Shown one piece after another: positions 20,219-30,146 of a stretch of 64,000 bases of DNA. Under the pieces are notes generated by a model. That model worked only from the letters and a program-made list of their open reading frames with translations, was not told the DNA's origin and searched no databases. Position 1 is the stretch's first letter. Each line of letters starts with the position of its first letter. Made by a program: the position numbers and the translations under genes. The stretch spans positions 4,679 to 68,678 of the forward strand of contig CAYMED010000006.1 of NCBI GenBank assembly GCA_964389655.1, in the 5' to 3' direction. This stretch comes from an uncultured Candidatus Poseidoniales archaeon. Lineage in GTDB: Archaea > Thermoplasmatota > Poseidoniia > Poseidoniales > CAYMED01.

Positions 20219-20231
20219 GAAGGTTGATCAA
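20219..20231 (+). promoter_or_regulatory. GAAGGTTGATCAA upstream motif (copy 1, before pyrG)
   Basis: Identical 13-mer at 34396-34408; both lie 30-34 nt before a start codon. Confidence 0.45.
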
Positions 20232-20265
20232 TAAGACGTGTGGGCTGATAACCCCGTTGACACAG

Positions 20266-21918
20266 ATGCGATATGTCGTCGTGAGCGGCGGAGTCCTTAG
20301 TGGCCTTGGCAAAGGAGTCACTGCAAGCAGCATTGGGGTATTGCTTCGGTCAAGAGGAATGAGAGTTACTGCGGTGAAAATAGACCCATATCTAAATTCA
20401 GACGCAGGGACCATGTCACCTTTTGAGCACGGAGAAGTATTTGTCCTAGATGATGGTGGCGAAGTAGATTTGGATTTGGGGAATTATGAGCGTTTTCTTG
20501 ATGTTACATTAGCTAAGGATAACAATTTGACAACTGGAAAAGTCTACAGCGGAGTTATTGAAGCGGAAAGACGTGGTGATTATTTAGGAAAGACAGTACA
20601 AGTTGTCCCACATGTTACTGATTTCATTCAAGATTGGATTGAGAGGATTGCTGCAAACCCAGCTGATGATTCGGGAAAATCACCTGACATATGTATTATA
20701 GAGTTGGGAGGAACAATAGGAGATATTGAATCTGCACCTTTTGTTGAAGCGTTACGGCAATTCCAGTTTCGAGTTGGGAAAGAGAATATTGCCTTTGTCC
20801 ACGTTTCTTTGGTTCCCGTAGTAGGACCAGTAGGGGAGCAGAAAACCAAGCCAACTCAACACACGGTTCGAGATTTGAGGGCATTGGGAATATTGCCCGA
20901 CGCCTTGGTGTGCCGCTCAAAAAGGCCCCTTGAAGACGATGTGCGTGCAAAATTATCTGCTTTTTGTCACGTGACTCAAAATGCTGTTATGTCAGCACAT
21001 GATGTTTCAAATATCTATCACGTACCCTTAATACTTGATGAACAAGGACTAACATCAGTGCTATGTGATCGACTAGGTATCGCAGATGCAGTCAACGAGA
21101 AAATATTTGCAGACTGGGAAAAGCTAGCAGAACGAGCAGATAGGGTAGAAGGGATTGTTCGAATCGGTATGGTCGGAAAGTACACGGGATTAACTGATTC
21201 ATACCTCTCAATCATCAAAGCGCTTCTTCATGCCACGATTGAAGTAGGCCATAAATTAGAAGTCGAATGGATTGAGGCAAGCTACCTTGAAGATGAAAAT
21301 AATTCTGAAGAACACGCTAGCGCATGGGAAAGGCTACATTCTGTTGATGGGATTTTAGTTCCAGGGGGTTTTGGAGATAGGGGAATCGAAGGAAAGATTC
21401 TTGCAGCGGGTTATGCAAGAAAAAAGAAAATTCCCTATCTAGGGATTTGTTTGGGCATGCAAGTAGCAGTTATCGAGTTTGCCCGAAATGTATTGGGCTT
21501 TGAAGGGGCAAATTCAACTGAATTTGAGTCCGACACGCCCCACCCCGTTGTTGTATTTATGCCAGAAGTGGACAAAAAGAAGATGGGGGGAACAATGCGA
21601 TTAGGGCTAAAGAAGACATTAATAAAAGATATAACGAGTCTTGCTGGAAAGTTATATCAGTCATCAGAAGTTCTAGAGCGCCATAGGCATCGATATGAGG
21701 TGCAACCAAACCTAATAGAAATTATCGAATCGAATGGACTAAGGTTTAGTGGGAGAGATGAAAGTGGACTTAGAATGGAAATTGCTGAACTTGATGGGCA
21801 CCCATTTTTTATGGGGACACAATTTCATCCCGAATTCAAAAGTAGGCCACAGCGCCCATCACCACCATTTGTTGGATTTATTGGGGCAGCATCAAAATTC
21901 AGACATATCAAGAAATAA
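20266..21918 (+). CDS. pyrG: CTP synthase
   Basis: [49 protein letters not shown]. Confidence 0.98.
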   Translation: MRYVVVSGGVLSGLGKGVTASSIGVLLRSRGMRVTAVKIDPYLNSDAGTMSPFEHGEVFVLDDGGEVDLDLGNYERFLDVTLAKDNNLTTGKVYSGVIEAERRGDYLGKTVQVVPHVTDFIQDWIERIAANPADDSGKSPDICIIELGGTIGDIESAPFVEALRQFQFRVGKENIAFVHVSLVPVVGPVGEQKTKPTQHTVRDLRALGILPDALVCRSKRPLEDDVRAKLSAFCHVTQNAVMSAHDVSNIYHVPLILDEQGLTSVLCDRLGIADAVNEKIFADWEKLAERADRVEGIVRIGMVGKYTGLTDSYLSIIKALLHATIEVGHKLEVEWIEASYLEDENNSEEHASAWERLHSVDGILVPGGFGDRGIEGKILAAGYARKKKIPYLGICLGMQVAVIEFARNVLGFEGANSTEFESDTPHPVVVFMPEVDKKKMGGTMRLGLKKTLIKDITSLAGKLYQSSEVLERHRHRYEVQPNLIEIIESNGLRFSGRDESGLRMEIAELDGHPFFMGTQFHPEFKSRPQRPSPPFVGFIGAASKFRHIKK

Positions 21919-21920
21919 TG

Positions 21921-23057
21921 TTAGCCAATCTCTATCGGCATGAGCCTTGTCGAATGATAGCCAACAAGAACTTCAATCCACTTTGATTTGGAGAATTTTG
22001 AATCTAAGATTAAGTCACCTGTTTCAATTCTAATTGCACGTATAGATGATGTTTTTGCTGGCGTGGCAATAGCAAGGATACGACCAATCCCAATCTCCGA
22101 AATCACCGAAGGACTGAGTTGTAAATTTCCCCTTCCAATCAAAAATCCTTGGCCACCCATAGGAGATAGAAGAAGGCATATTGATGAAAAAGACCTTACT
22201 GTGGACTCTAGAACTGCCGCATTCGCGTCTAAATGAAGGGGGCTTCGGCCAATTGTAGCATCAATTCCAAGTAATGTTGTTTCGATGCCCATTTTACTAG
22301 AAATTCTATGCAGCGTACTTCCACTACCCCACAAGTACAATGTCTTTGGCTCTTTTTCGATGAGATCCGATATGTGTTCTGCCATGCCCTCAAGAACTTC
22401 GTCATCTCCTGATGATTCTACCAGTTGCTTACTCCCCTGGATCCATCGAGGTGACGAAGGAGTCATAGCCTCGCCATGCATTGCGACTTTCCAATTTCCT
22501 TGGCGAAGGGATGCTTCATCTAAGTCGAGAACTTCCATTGGAGCAGAATGAAGTTGGCCTAAAGTGAAAGCGACTAATGCTTCAGTTGCTGCTTCAGGCG
22601 AAGATGCAAAACATCCCGAATACATTTTCACACCACATGGAATACCAATGATAGGCAAGTCTTGCCGGCCGGCAATTTGTAGCGCTTCTAGTATATCACG
22701 GGTAGTGCCATCACCACCCCCATATAGTATCAAATCAACTTCTTTTTCTAGAAATAAGCCCACAATTCGCTTTGTGTCCGATGCAGTGGTGTGAGCTGGA
22801 ACGGGTCCTATTTCTATGTATGAGGCAAATTCTAGCGGCCACCAGTCTACGCCCATTCGTCCTGCCGCTAATAGCCATCTAATGTTGTTCGTTCCATCTA
22901 GTGACTGAAGATGCCGAGCACTCCGCTCTAAACGTGGCCCTGCACGGTCTTCAATACCTGCAGATCTAGCGAATTTGGATTGCCCGTCACTCCCTTTCAA
23001 AGCAAGTGGGCCCCCAAGCCCAGCATCTGGATTAACAAATACACCCACTTTAATCAT
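21921..23057 (-). CDS. ATP-NAD kinase-family protein (COG3199-like)
   Basis: VNPDAGLGG..LKGSDG, GGDGTTRD, GIPCGVKMYS, GGQGFLIGRGNLQLSP. Confidence 0.85.
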   Translation of the reverse strand: MIKVGVFVNPDAGLGGPLALKGSDGQSKFARSAGIEDRAGPRLERSARHLQSLDGTNNIRWLLAAGRMGVDWWPLEFASYIEIGPVPAHTTASDTKRIVGLFLEKEVDLILYGGGDGTTRDILEALQIAGRQDLPIIGIPCGVKMYSGCFASSPEAATEALVAFTLGQLHSAPMEVLDLDEASLRQGNWKVAMHGEAMTPSSPRWIQGSKQLVESSGDDEVLEGMAEHISDLIEKEPKTLYLWGSGSTLHRISSKMGIETTLLGIDATIGRSPLHLDANAAVLESTVRSFSSICLLLSPMGGQGFLIGRGNLQLSPSVISEIGIGRILAIATPAKTSSIRAIRIETGDLILDSKFSKSKWIEVLVGYHSTRLMPIEIG

Positions 23058-23143
23058 CTAAGCACCATCACAAACAACATTTTCAATTCTAATTACGTCC
23101 CGAACTGCATAGATTATTTTCAACGGGAATCAGCATTCTACAC

Positions 23144-23293
23144 TCATAAAACGATACTAGCGACTGCAAAATGTAACTCTGTGCCATTCGCTTTTTTGAT
23201 GGGGGAAATGTGGATGCTCTGCCGGCCCTCGACTGCGAGAGTAGCGTACAGCAACAAGCCCACATCGGAAAATGAGATAGATGTCGCGTACAT
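23144..23293 (-). CDS. Possible small protein (49 aa), weakly Pcc1-like; not in the ORF track
   Basis: ATG 23293 to TGA 23144: MYATSISFSDVGLLLYATLAVEGRQSIHISPIKKANGTELHFAVASIVL; fills the largest intergenic gap. Confidence 0.25.
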   Translation of the reverse strand: MYATSISFSDVGLLLYATLAVEGRQSIHISPIKKANGTELHFAVASIVL

Positions 23294-23358
23294 GAAATCA
23301 AGGGGCTATCCACGCGCAGATATCAAGAGGTATGGACAAACGAGGGTGGATGAGATAC

Positions 23359-25380
23359 ATGGTGCTAGTCCAAGTTACTTGGTCTGATGGCGAGTCTGAA
23401 CCCATCGCTGAAGGCGTCACAATAGAAGATGTTCTACGTGCTAGATTTGGAAAAAGACACAAATGTGTTGCTGCTAAAATGGATGGGGTTCAAGTCGGTC
23501 TTTCAACACAGATTCGGCATGATGTTGAACTTGAGCCAATTGAAGCAGACTCAGATGATGGCGAACACATTATTCGACACTCTTGTGCTCATCTTCTAGC
23601 ACAAGCCGTTACTGAACTATTTCCTGATGCAAAACCAACAATTGGACCCGCTACAGAACATGGTTTCTATTACGACTTCGATATGGAACCAATCAGTGAT
23701 GAAGACCTCCGTCGAATTGAAAAAAGGATGAAAGAAATTGTTCGGTCAAATATACCAATTGCGAGAGAAGAACATAGCGATACAAGTTTGAAGAATTTAT
23801 TTCGACATAATCAATTTAAAATCGAGATTATTAACAACAGACTAGAGGCGGGAGATGGATCGACAATTTACAGGCAAGATGATTTCTATGATTTGTGTTT
23901 GGGGCCCCATGTACCAAGAACATCTGCTTTGCAGCATTTTCGCCTGATGTCATCATCTCAAGCATATTGGCGAGCTGATTCGACTCGTGAACGGCTTGTT
24001 CGGATACACGGGTTAGCCTATGCCTCAAAAGAACGCCTTAAGAGCCGCATTCTGCTTCTTGAAGAAGCAAAAAAACGAGACCACCGGCGCCTTGGACGTG
24101 ATCTGGAATTATTTCATATCGATGAAAAAGTAGGCCAAGGGCTCATCCTATGGACCCCACGCGGATCAATTCTGAGACAAGAATTACAGAATTTCATTAG
24201 TTATCACCTGCAACGACAAGGGTACAAACAAGTATTCACACCCCACATTGGAAAATTGAATCTTTATCGAACTAGCGGGCACTTTCCCTACTACCAAGAC
24301 TCACAATATCCACCCTTAATCGAGCGGGATTTGATGGCTAAATTAGCAGATGAAGGCTGTACATGTGGCGAACTGTCAAATCGAATGGAGAGTGGAAATA
24401 TCGAGGGTTATCTGCTAAAACCGATGAATTGTCCCCATCATGTGCAATTGTATAGTAGTAAAGCAAGGTCTTATCGGGATCTACCCCTAAGACTAGCAGA
24501 ATTTGGCACAGTGTATCGGTGGGAGCAATCTGGGGAGATTAGTGGCATGACCCGAGTACGGGGATTCACCCAAGATGATGCTCACCTCTTTGTCACAGAA
24601 GAACAAATTGCCGGAGAGTTACATGGTTGTATCGAACTCGTAGAGCACATATTCAGTACCCTTGGAATGACTGATTACCGAGTGCGAGTCGGTCTTCGAG
24701 ACTCTGATTCTTCGAAATATGTTGGAGAATCAGATAAATGGGACAAGGCAGAGAATGCTTGCGTTCGGGCCGCGGAAGGTTTGGGTGTTTCTTTCTCAAG
24801 AGAACCTGGCGAGGCTGCATTTTATGGCCCAAAAATTGACTTTGTAGTGCGGGACGTAATTGGAAGAGAGTGGCAACTTGGAACTGTCCAAGTTGATTAT
24901 AACCTCCCTGATCGCTTTGATCTCACATATATTGGAAAAGATGGAGGGAAGCACAGGCCAGTCATGATTCACCGGGCACCGTTTGGAAGTTTGGAGCGGT
25001 TCTGTGGAGTACTAATTGAGCATTTTGAAGGGAAGTTTCCGACATGGTTATCCCCAACCCAAGTACACATTTTGACTATTTCCGAGAAACACAAGAAGTC
25101 TGCACGCTCCCTCTTGGAGTTTCTAGAAAACAAGGGTTTTCGAGTTGAATTAGATGATACAGATGCGACAATTGGAAAAAAAATCAGAACACATCGCGCT
25201 ATGCGCCCTGCCTATATTCTTGTATTGGGCGATGATGAAATCGAGAATAAAACAGTATCTGTTCGAAACCGGTTGGGCAAGCAAGAGAGTGGAATACCTT
25301 TAGATCGGTTTGTTGAACTACTAGAGGAAGAAATCAAGTCAAAAGAAATAAATCAAACATTAGTACAAAGTCAAGAATGA
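23359..25380 (+). CDS. thrS: Threonine--tRNA ligase, bacterial-type (TGS + editing + catalytic + anticodon-binding domains)
   Basis: RHSCAHLLAQAV, DLCLGPH, RDHRRLG, KPMNCPHH, RVRGFTQDDAH, AFYGPKID, HRAPFGSLERF. Confidence 0.97.
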   Translation: MVLVQVTWSDGESEPIAEGVTIEDVLRARFGKRHKCVAAKMDGVQVGLSTQIRHDVELEPIEADSDDGEHIIRHSCAHLLAQAVTELFPDAKPTIGPATEHGFYYDFDMEPISDEDLRRIEKRMKEIVRSNIPIAREEHSDTSLKNLFRHNQFKIEIINNRLEAGDGSTIYRQDDFYDLCLGPHVPRTSALQHFRLMSSSQAYWRADSTRERLVRIHGLAYASKERLKSRILLLEEAKKRDHRRLGRDLELFHIDEKVGQGLILWTPRGSILRQELQNFISYHLQRQGYKQVFTPHIGKLNLYRTSGHFPYYQDSQYPPLIERDLMAKLADEGCTCGELSNRMESGNIEGYLLKPMNCPHHVQLYSSKARSYRDLPLRLAEFGTVYRWEQSGEISGMTRVRGFTQDDAHLFVTEEQIAGELHGCIELVEHIFSTLGMTDYRVRVGLRDSDSSKYVGESDKWDKAENACVRAAEGLGVSFSREPGEAAFYGPKIDFVVRDVIGREWQLGTVQVDYNLPDRFDLTYIGKDGGKHRPVMIHRAPFGSLERFCGVLIEHFEGKFPTWLSPTQVHILTISEKHKKSARSLLEFLENKGFRVELDDTDATIGKKIRTHRAMRPAYILVLGDDEIENKTVSVRNRLGKQESGIPLDRFVELLEEEIKSKEINQTLVQSQE

Positions 25381-25392
25381 AACGGTTGCGTA

Positions 25393-27138
25393 TCATATTC
25401 GCCGGCGCAGGCGTTCCATCTTTTGGTCGAGATCGCCTAATGCATGCAAACCACCATCTAAATCCCCTTGCTCAATTGCTTTCGTGGCATCAGAGAGAAC
25501 TTTCTGAGCATTTAGGCGTTCATCATCATCGAGTTCAAAACCTGCTGATTGAAAACGGCGGTCTAATTGGCCCCATTCTCCAGTGGCAAAAGTTAGCAAT
25601 TCTACAGCCTCATTTAATTCAGACCCTGCGAGATCTAAATCAGATAGCAAAGAGTCTATTGAGGAAGAGGCTTCGATCCAGCGCCCCTCATCGGCAGATT
25701 CCCTGATGCCATCAAACCGAGATTCCCAAGATGCTGCATCAGACATATTAGACCAACGGCTTGCATATTTGCGGCGTTGCTTAAGGCTCCGCAATGTTCG
25801 ATCTCTTGCTTCACGTGTAAAACGAACATCTCGTTCAATGCTTGAGGCAATTCCTTTTGCCAGACTTGGATCATCGGCAACAAGAGCATTGTGTGCTCTT
25901 TCAATGCCCTTCAACCACATTGACGTGTCAATCCCTTCCGTATCATCCACTACCTTCTGTGCAATTGAAATTGCTTCAATCGCCTCTTCACTACGTGCAC
26001 CAATTGATGAGACATGAATTGGAATCGGTGAGGATAATTCATATGCGCGCTTGGGCTTTTCACGGGATAATTCCTTGCGCGCTTGCGAAAGTGAAGCGCG
26101 CAAGGAATCGGCTTCTGACCCCGTTATTGAACCAAGAGACGCGGCTGCTTCAGAAATGGAGGATTCTGCTTTTTTCCACCAAGTTGCAATTTCAAGTGCT
26201 TGTTTTTTGGCTTGCCGGAAAAGCATCTCTGCTTCGCGGAGACTTCCCAAACTCAATTCACGTTCAGCTGTGTGGAAGGTTTTTCCCGGTTTTTTCACAG
26301 GATATAGATCTTGAGCAATTTGAATCGCAAATAATGCTGCTTGTTGCACTGCAAAAACATCCTCACTAAAACGGAGAGACCTATCAAGTTCATCGATTGC
26401 GTGAGAAATAATTTCCAACCCAACTAGTGGATCTCGAAAACCCTCTTCCTTAGCACGTTGCATCAGTGATGATGCTTGATCAACAGGGGCGTCTGTTTGG
26501 CGAAGAGTGAGTAATTGATCTTCCAATGAGTCGATTTTTTGCCTGAATTCTCTGCGTAAAGAGCGTGTCTTCGGGTCACCCCGCCAATCTTGGGAAGACA
26601 ATAGAATTGCAACAAGGATTGGTGCAGTTCCAAATAATAGGCTAAAGGATGTTGGTCCCATAGCAAGTAGTATGGATACACTAATTGCAGCACCGGACCC
26701 AGTCATGATGCCCCGGTATCGAATAACTTCTGTCCGTCCAGATAGCATTCGACGAGAAGTGAGAAATAACATAAATGCTACAAATAAACAAGCCAGAACA
26801 CCACAAATAACCCAAATGTCAGATATCGGTTGGGAAAGTGAAACTGCTGCAATGCAGGGCCAAATTAATGATGAGGCACCCGCGATTCTTGATCTAGTCA
26901 CAGGAGTGAATATCGTTAAATCTTGAAGTAGAATTGCCCAAGCAATGAGCACCAATGGTGGGCCAAATTCTGCCACAGTAACTACTTCAAGACCAGTAAA
27001 AGATGGCCACGCAACCCAAACTGCTGAAAATACTAGAAATAAGGCGCCCAACAATGCCATGTTCTCAACTGGACGTATTTGTTCGGTTGACACATCATCA
27101 AGAGCATAATCTGCCCCTTTTACATCTTGAGGAGGCAT
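25393..27138 (-). CDS. Membrane protein with about 6 N-terminal TM helices and a long helical/coiled-coil C-terminal region
   Basis: Hydrophobic segments in aa ~28-180, then Ala/Glu/Arg-rich helical repeats. Confidence 0.8.
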   Translation of the reverse strand: MPPQDVKGADYALDDVSTEQIRPVENMALLGALFLVFSAVWVAWPSFTGLEVVTVAEFGPPLVLIAWAILLQDLTIFTPVTRSRIAGASSLIWPCIAAVSLSQPISDIWVICGVLACLFVAFMLFLTSRRMLSGRTEVIRYRGIMTGSGAAISVSILLAMGPTSFSLLFGTAPILVAILLSSQDWRGDPKTRSLRREFRQKIDSLEDQLLTLRQTDAPVDQASSLMQRAKEEGFRDPLVGLEIISHAIDELDRSLRFSEDVFAVQQAALFAIQIAQDLYPVKKPGKTFHTAERELSLGSLREAEMLFRQAKKQALEIATWWKKAESSISEAAASLGSITGSEADSLRASLSQARKELSREKPKRAYELSSPIPIHVSSIGARSEEAIEAISIAQKVVDDTEGIDTSMWLKGIERAHNALVADDPSLAKGIASSIERDVRFTREARDRTLRSLKQRRKYASRWSNMSDAASWESRFDGIRESADEGRWIEASSSIDSLLSDLDLAGSELNEAVELLTFATGEWGQLDRRFQSAGFELDDDERLNAQKVLSDATKAIEQGDLDGGLHALGDLDQKMERLRRRI

Positions 27139-27140
27139 AA

Positions 27141-30100
27141 TTAACGATCACTCCCCTTGCGCACAACTATACTGAATCCAGCTACCAAAGTAATCACTGC
27201 TATCAAGGCAAATAAATTCGCCCAAGTAATCACCGAAGTGGATGGTGAATCCAGTGCTTTGCCGAATGGGGCAGTCAAAGTTGCAGTCCGATTGGAGGAA
27301 AATGAGTCATCAATAGTGATTACAACATCCCCTGTGGACACATTGGAGGAAAATGTGTGATTCCAAGATACTTCACCCAATCCCCATGGCGATGCGCCAT
27401 CTCCATCAAACGAAGGAGCACAAAGATCTCCAATACAAACCGTTATTCGTCCCAAACTCCGACCATAGTTAACCAAATCCAATTCCACAAAAGAATGGCC
27501 CTCTACATCAGTCACATTAAGGGAGTGGATGTAGTAGTCAGCCTCCAATGGGGGCTGTATTTCAATTGGAATATTTCTTGAACTTGTGAACGAATTTGAA
27601 TCAGAGGCATAGATGTGAAGAATTCGCACGCCAGAACCGCTAGGCTGATCAGTATGTGGAGAAAGGCATTCATCATTTTTCCAAGAAGAGGAATTCCCTA
27701 ATGACAAGTATCTGATGTATTCCCAATTTCTAATGAGATAGTAGCCTTCGCTCCAACTGCCATTAGTGTCGAGGTAGCAACCATCCAAATCAATGGTCCA
27801 TGTCAAATTAGCAATCGCATCAAAATCATCGAATGAGTCATTTAGACTGAGATATAGGTTCTCGTCTAAGGAATAGACCCCGTCATTTCCTTCGTCAACA
27901 AGGAGATGGTCAATTACTGGAGCGGCGGCATCACCAACAATGATCTTCCATGACCGTTCAACTGAATATCCTGCCTCATCCTCGATGCGTACCGAAAAGG
28001 ACCATGTGGTTGGGTTTTTTGCTTCATGACGGCTGGGGAATGGGTCATCCCAGCCATTTACATGACTATCATGGACAAAAGTTACTTCGGTGACTGGCCC
28101 TGTTCGTGTCCAACCAGTGCTCTTATTTGAAGTCCAAATCACAGTAGGGAGGGGTGTTTGATCATCATTTGCTTGAACGCGCGCTGTCAGAACACGTGAT
28201 GGGCGAATTTCAAATTGTGAAGCATTTGAATCAAGAATGCGGGTCGACATGTCATCTTGAGTAGGTAACATTGCAATATCAATAGAATGTATGGTAGGGG
28301 GATTACCATCAAGACTGTAATATCCAACCCATGCCCCTTCTAGCCCCTGATCATCAATGCAATTTAACCGCGCACTTAGATTGGTTTCTGGAGAAAGGCC
28401 ATGTGATTTCGGAGAAAATATGGCATTCTTACTTGCTATGTCAATCGACCAATTTTCATTTTCACCCACGGACCTGAGCCTCCAAGAACACACAACGGTT
28501 GCTGAATGAGCATCATTGATCCCAGTTAGATTTAGTTGCAAATCACCTGTAAGCCTGATGGGACCCGATGTCCGCCCGTCAATGGCACCTTGGGGGACTG
28601 GAGCTTGATTTCTTAGAATTTGCAAGGTCTTAGAATGCCCTGTTTCAAGGTTCAATTGAAGACTTCCTGCATTCCAAATGAGGTTTTGCCCTATGAGGGA
28701 GGCATCTAGAGTGTGATTTGGACCTAACTCCAAATTGAAGATAGAGCGACCAAAGTAGTTAGGGGCCGTTACTTCTAGAATGTGTAAAGACGTTGATGAT
28801 AAATCCCATGATATATTCCCTGAAAAGGAGATATTCCAACGAATTTCAGACCAATTTTGCGTATCTGAAACAATTGAAATATTGTGCTGGATTTTTGATA
28901 GTGATTCAGTCAGCGGGCGTTGTTCGCGGTCAATGATGCAGCAAGGCAGTATAGGGTCTTTCGATGAAATTCCCAGATATTGGGTCCAAGTGTTAAAGCG
29001 AGCGATTTCACTGGCGTTCAAGTTGTGGTCAAAATTCCCAAAGAAAAAGTCTATTTGAGCTGGAAGGCCGCCAAAAACAGGAGGGAGTATTGGCAATTCA
29101 TCCCACATGCCGCCTGAAAAATACGCAGTAGTTGACCCATTCCATTGGTCCTCACTCGCGGGTTGGTCAAAGAATGAAATAGATTGTGAAAGAACTGATG
29201 AATTTGCACGATTACTATTGAGGTCTGAAGCATTGACCTCAAGTGACCCGCTGTTATGATCTAAAAGAATCCCATCACCTAAGAGTCTTGAATAATTATC
29301 AGAAGGGTATATCCACCAAGTGCCAATCAAGGGAAATGGAATTGTTTGTGCTGGGTTTCTAAACACATCAAAATATGAATGTATGCCACTTGGTTTGTGG
29401 ATCAAAAGTGCGGAATAAAATTTCGCATCAGATGTGTTAAACGGGTGGAGAACGCGCAGCAAGAGGTCCGATTCTGGGACGTGATGGATATGTTCACCAG
29501 ATGACCAAAGCATAATCGATGAACCATTTATTCCAGTTATCTGAAGCCAACCAGTTGAATTCGCTGGCACGTAAAAGTTGGCACTCCCATTTTCATCAGC
29601 AAATGTCGAAGATAGAGAATTTCCATTGGATAGCCACGCATCTATTTCTGCATTGGCATCTGTTGTGAGCGTAACTAAATCTGTTAGAGTAATAAGTTCT
29701 ATTCGGCAGACCACAAAAGTAAGATTGGTTGCACAATCATCATCTATTTGCTGATCAAAATTACTTTTTGGCATGTTAGATAATGGTAAAGAGGGGCCAT
29801 CTTTCAGCAGAATTGGGAGGGCACTTAATGGGGCATAACCTTCAGCATTCGCTTCAATTCTTAGAGGCATGTCAATTTCAATATACCACCAATGCTGCAA
29901 ACTCGTTGATGATGAAAGGAGAGGAATCTCAACACCCATCCAACCAGCATATGCATTAGCCTCCACGCCATCAATTAATGCCCCATTTGAATCCTCAAAT
30001 ACTACTTCAAGAAGAAGGGATGTGGTTACTGTTCGTTGCGGATTGTTTTGAGCAAAAGTTTCGTCCTTCTGAAAATGGGTGAAATCAGCAAAAAGGGGGC

Positions 30101-30146
30101 ACAGGATGAGCAAAGCACTGGCTACGATCAAAATATTGATTTTCAC
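27141..30146 (-). CDS. Large secreted, C-terminally membrane-anchored surface protein with Ig/PKD-like modules
   Basis: Signal peptide; NQAPVP, DGNPPTI, DAAAPVI module starts; C-terminal TM plus basic tail; more than 20 NxS/T sequons. Confidence 0.82.
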   Translation of the reverse strand: MKINILIVASALLILCPLFADFTHFQKDETFAQNNPQRTVTTSLLLEVVFEDSNGALIDGVEANAYAGWMGVEIPLLSSSTSLQHWWYIEIDMPLRIEANAEGYAPLSALPILLKDGPSLPLSNMPKSNFDQQIDDDCATNLTFVVCRIELITLTDLVTLTTDANAEIDAWLSNGNSLSSTFADENGSANFYVPANSTGWLQITGINGSSIMLWSSGEHIHHVPESDLLLRVLHPFNTSDAKFYSALLIHKPSGIHSYFDVFRNPAQTIPFPLIGTWWIYPSDNYSRLLGDGILLDHNSGSLEVNASDLNSNRANSSVLSQSISFFDQPASEDQWNGSTTAYFSGGMWDELPILPPVFGGLPAQIDFFFGNFDHNLNASEIARFNTWTQYLGISSKDPILPCCIIDREQRPLTESLSKIQHNISIVSDTQNWSEIRWNISFSGNISWDLSSTSLHILEVTAPNYFGRSIFNLELGPNHTLDASLIGQNLIWNAGSLQLNLETGHSKTLQILRNQAPVPQGAIDGRTSGPIRLTGDLQLNLTGINDAHSATVVCSWRLRSVGENENWSIDIASKNAIFSPKSHGLSPETNLSARLNCIDDQGLEGAWVGYYSLDGNPPTIHSIDIAMLPTQDDMSTRILDSNASQFEIRPSRVLTARVQANDDQTPLPTVIWTSNKSTGWTRTGPVTEVTFVHDSHVNGWDDPFPSRHEAKNPTTWSFSVRIEDEAGYSVERSWKIIVGDAAAPVIDHLLVDEGNDGVYSLDENLYLSLNDSFDDFDAIANLTWTIDLDGCYLDTNGSWSEGYYLIRNWEYIRYLSLGNSSSWKNDECLSPHTDQPSGSGVRILHIYASDSNSFTSSRNIPIEIQPPLEADYYIHSLNVTDVEGHSFVELDLVNYGRSLGRITVCIGDLCAPSFDGDGASPWGLGEVSWNHTFSSNVSTGDVVITIDDSFSSNRTATLTAPFGKALDSPSTSVITWANLFALIAVITLVAGFSIVVRKGSDR

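Noticed and set aside
23058-23358. SRP RNA, RNase P RNA, T-box or a known riboswitch
   Set aside because: I could not find the conserved SRP helix-8, RNase P GAGGAAAGUCC, T-box, TPP or fluoride riboswitch motifs; kept only as an unexplained gap
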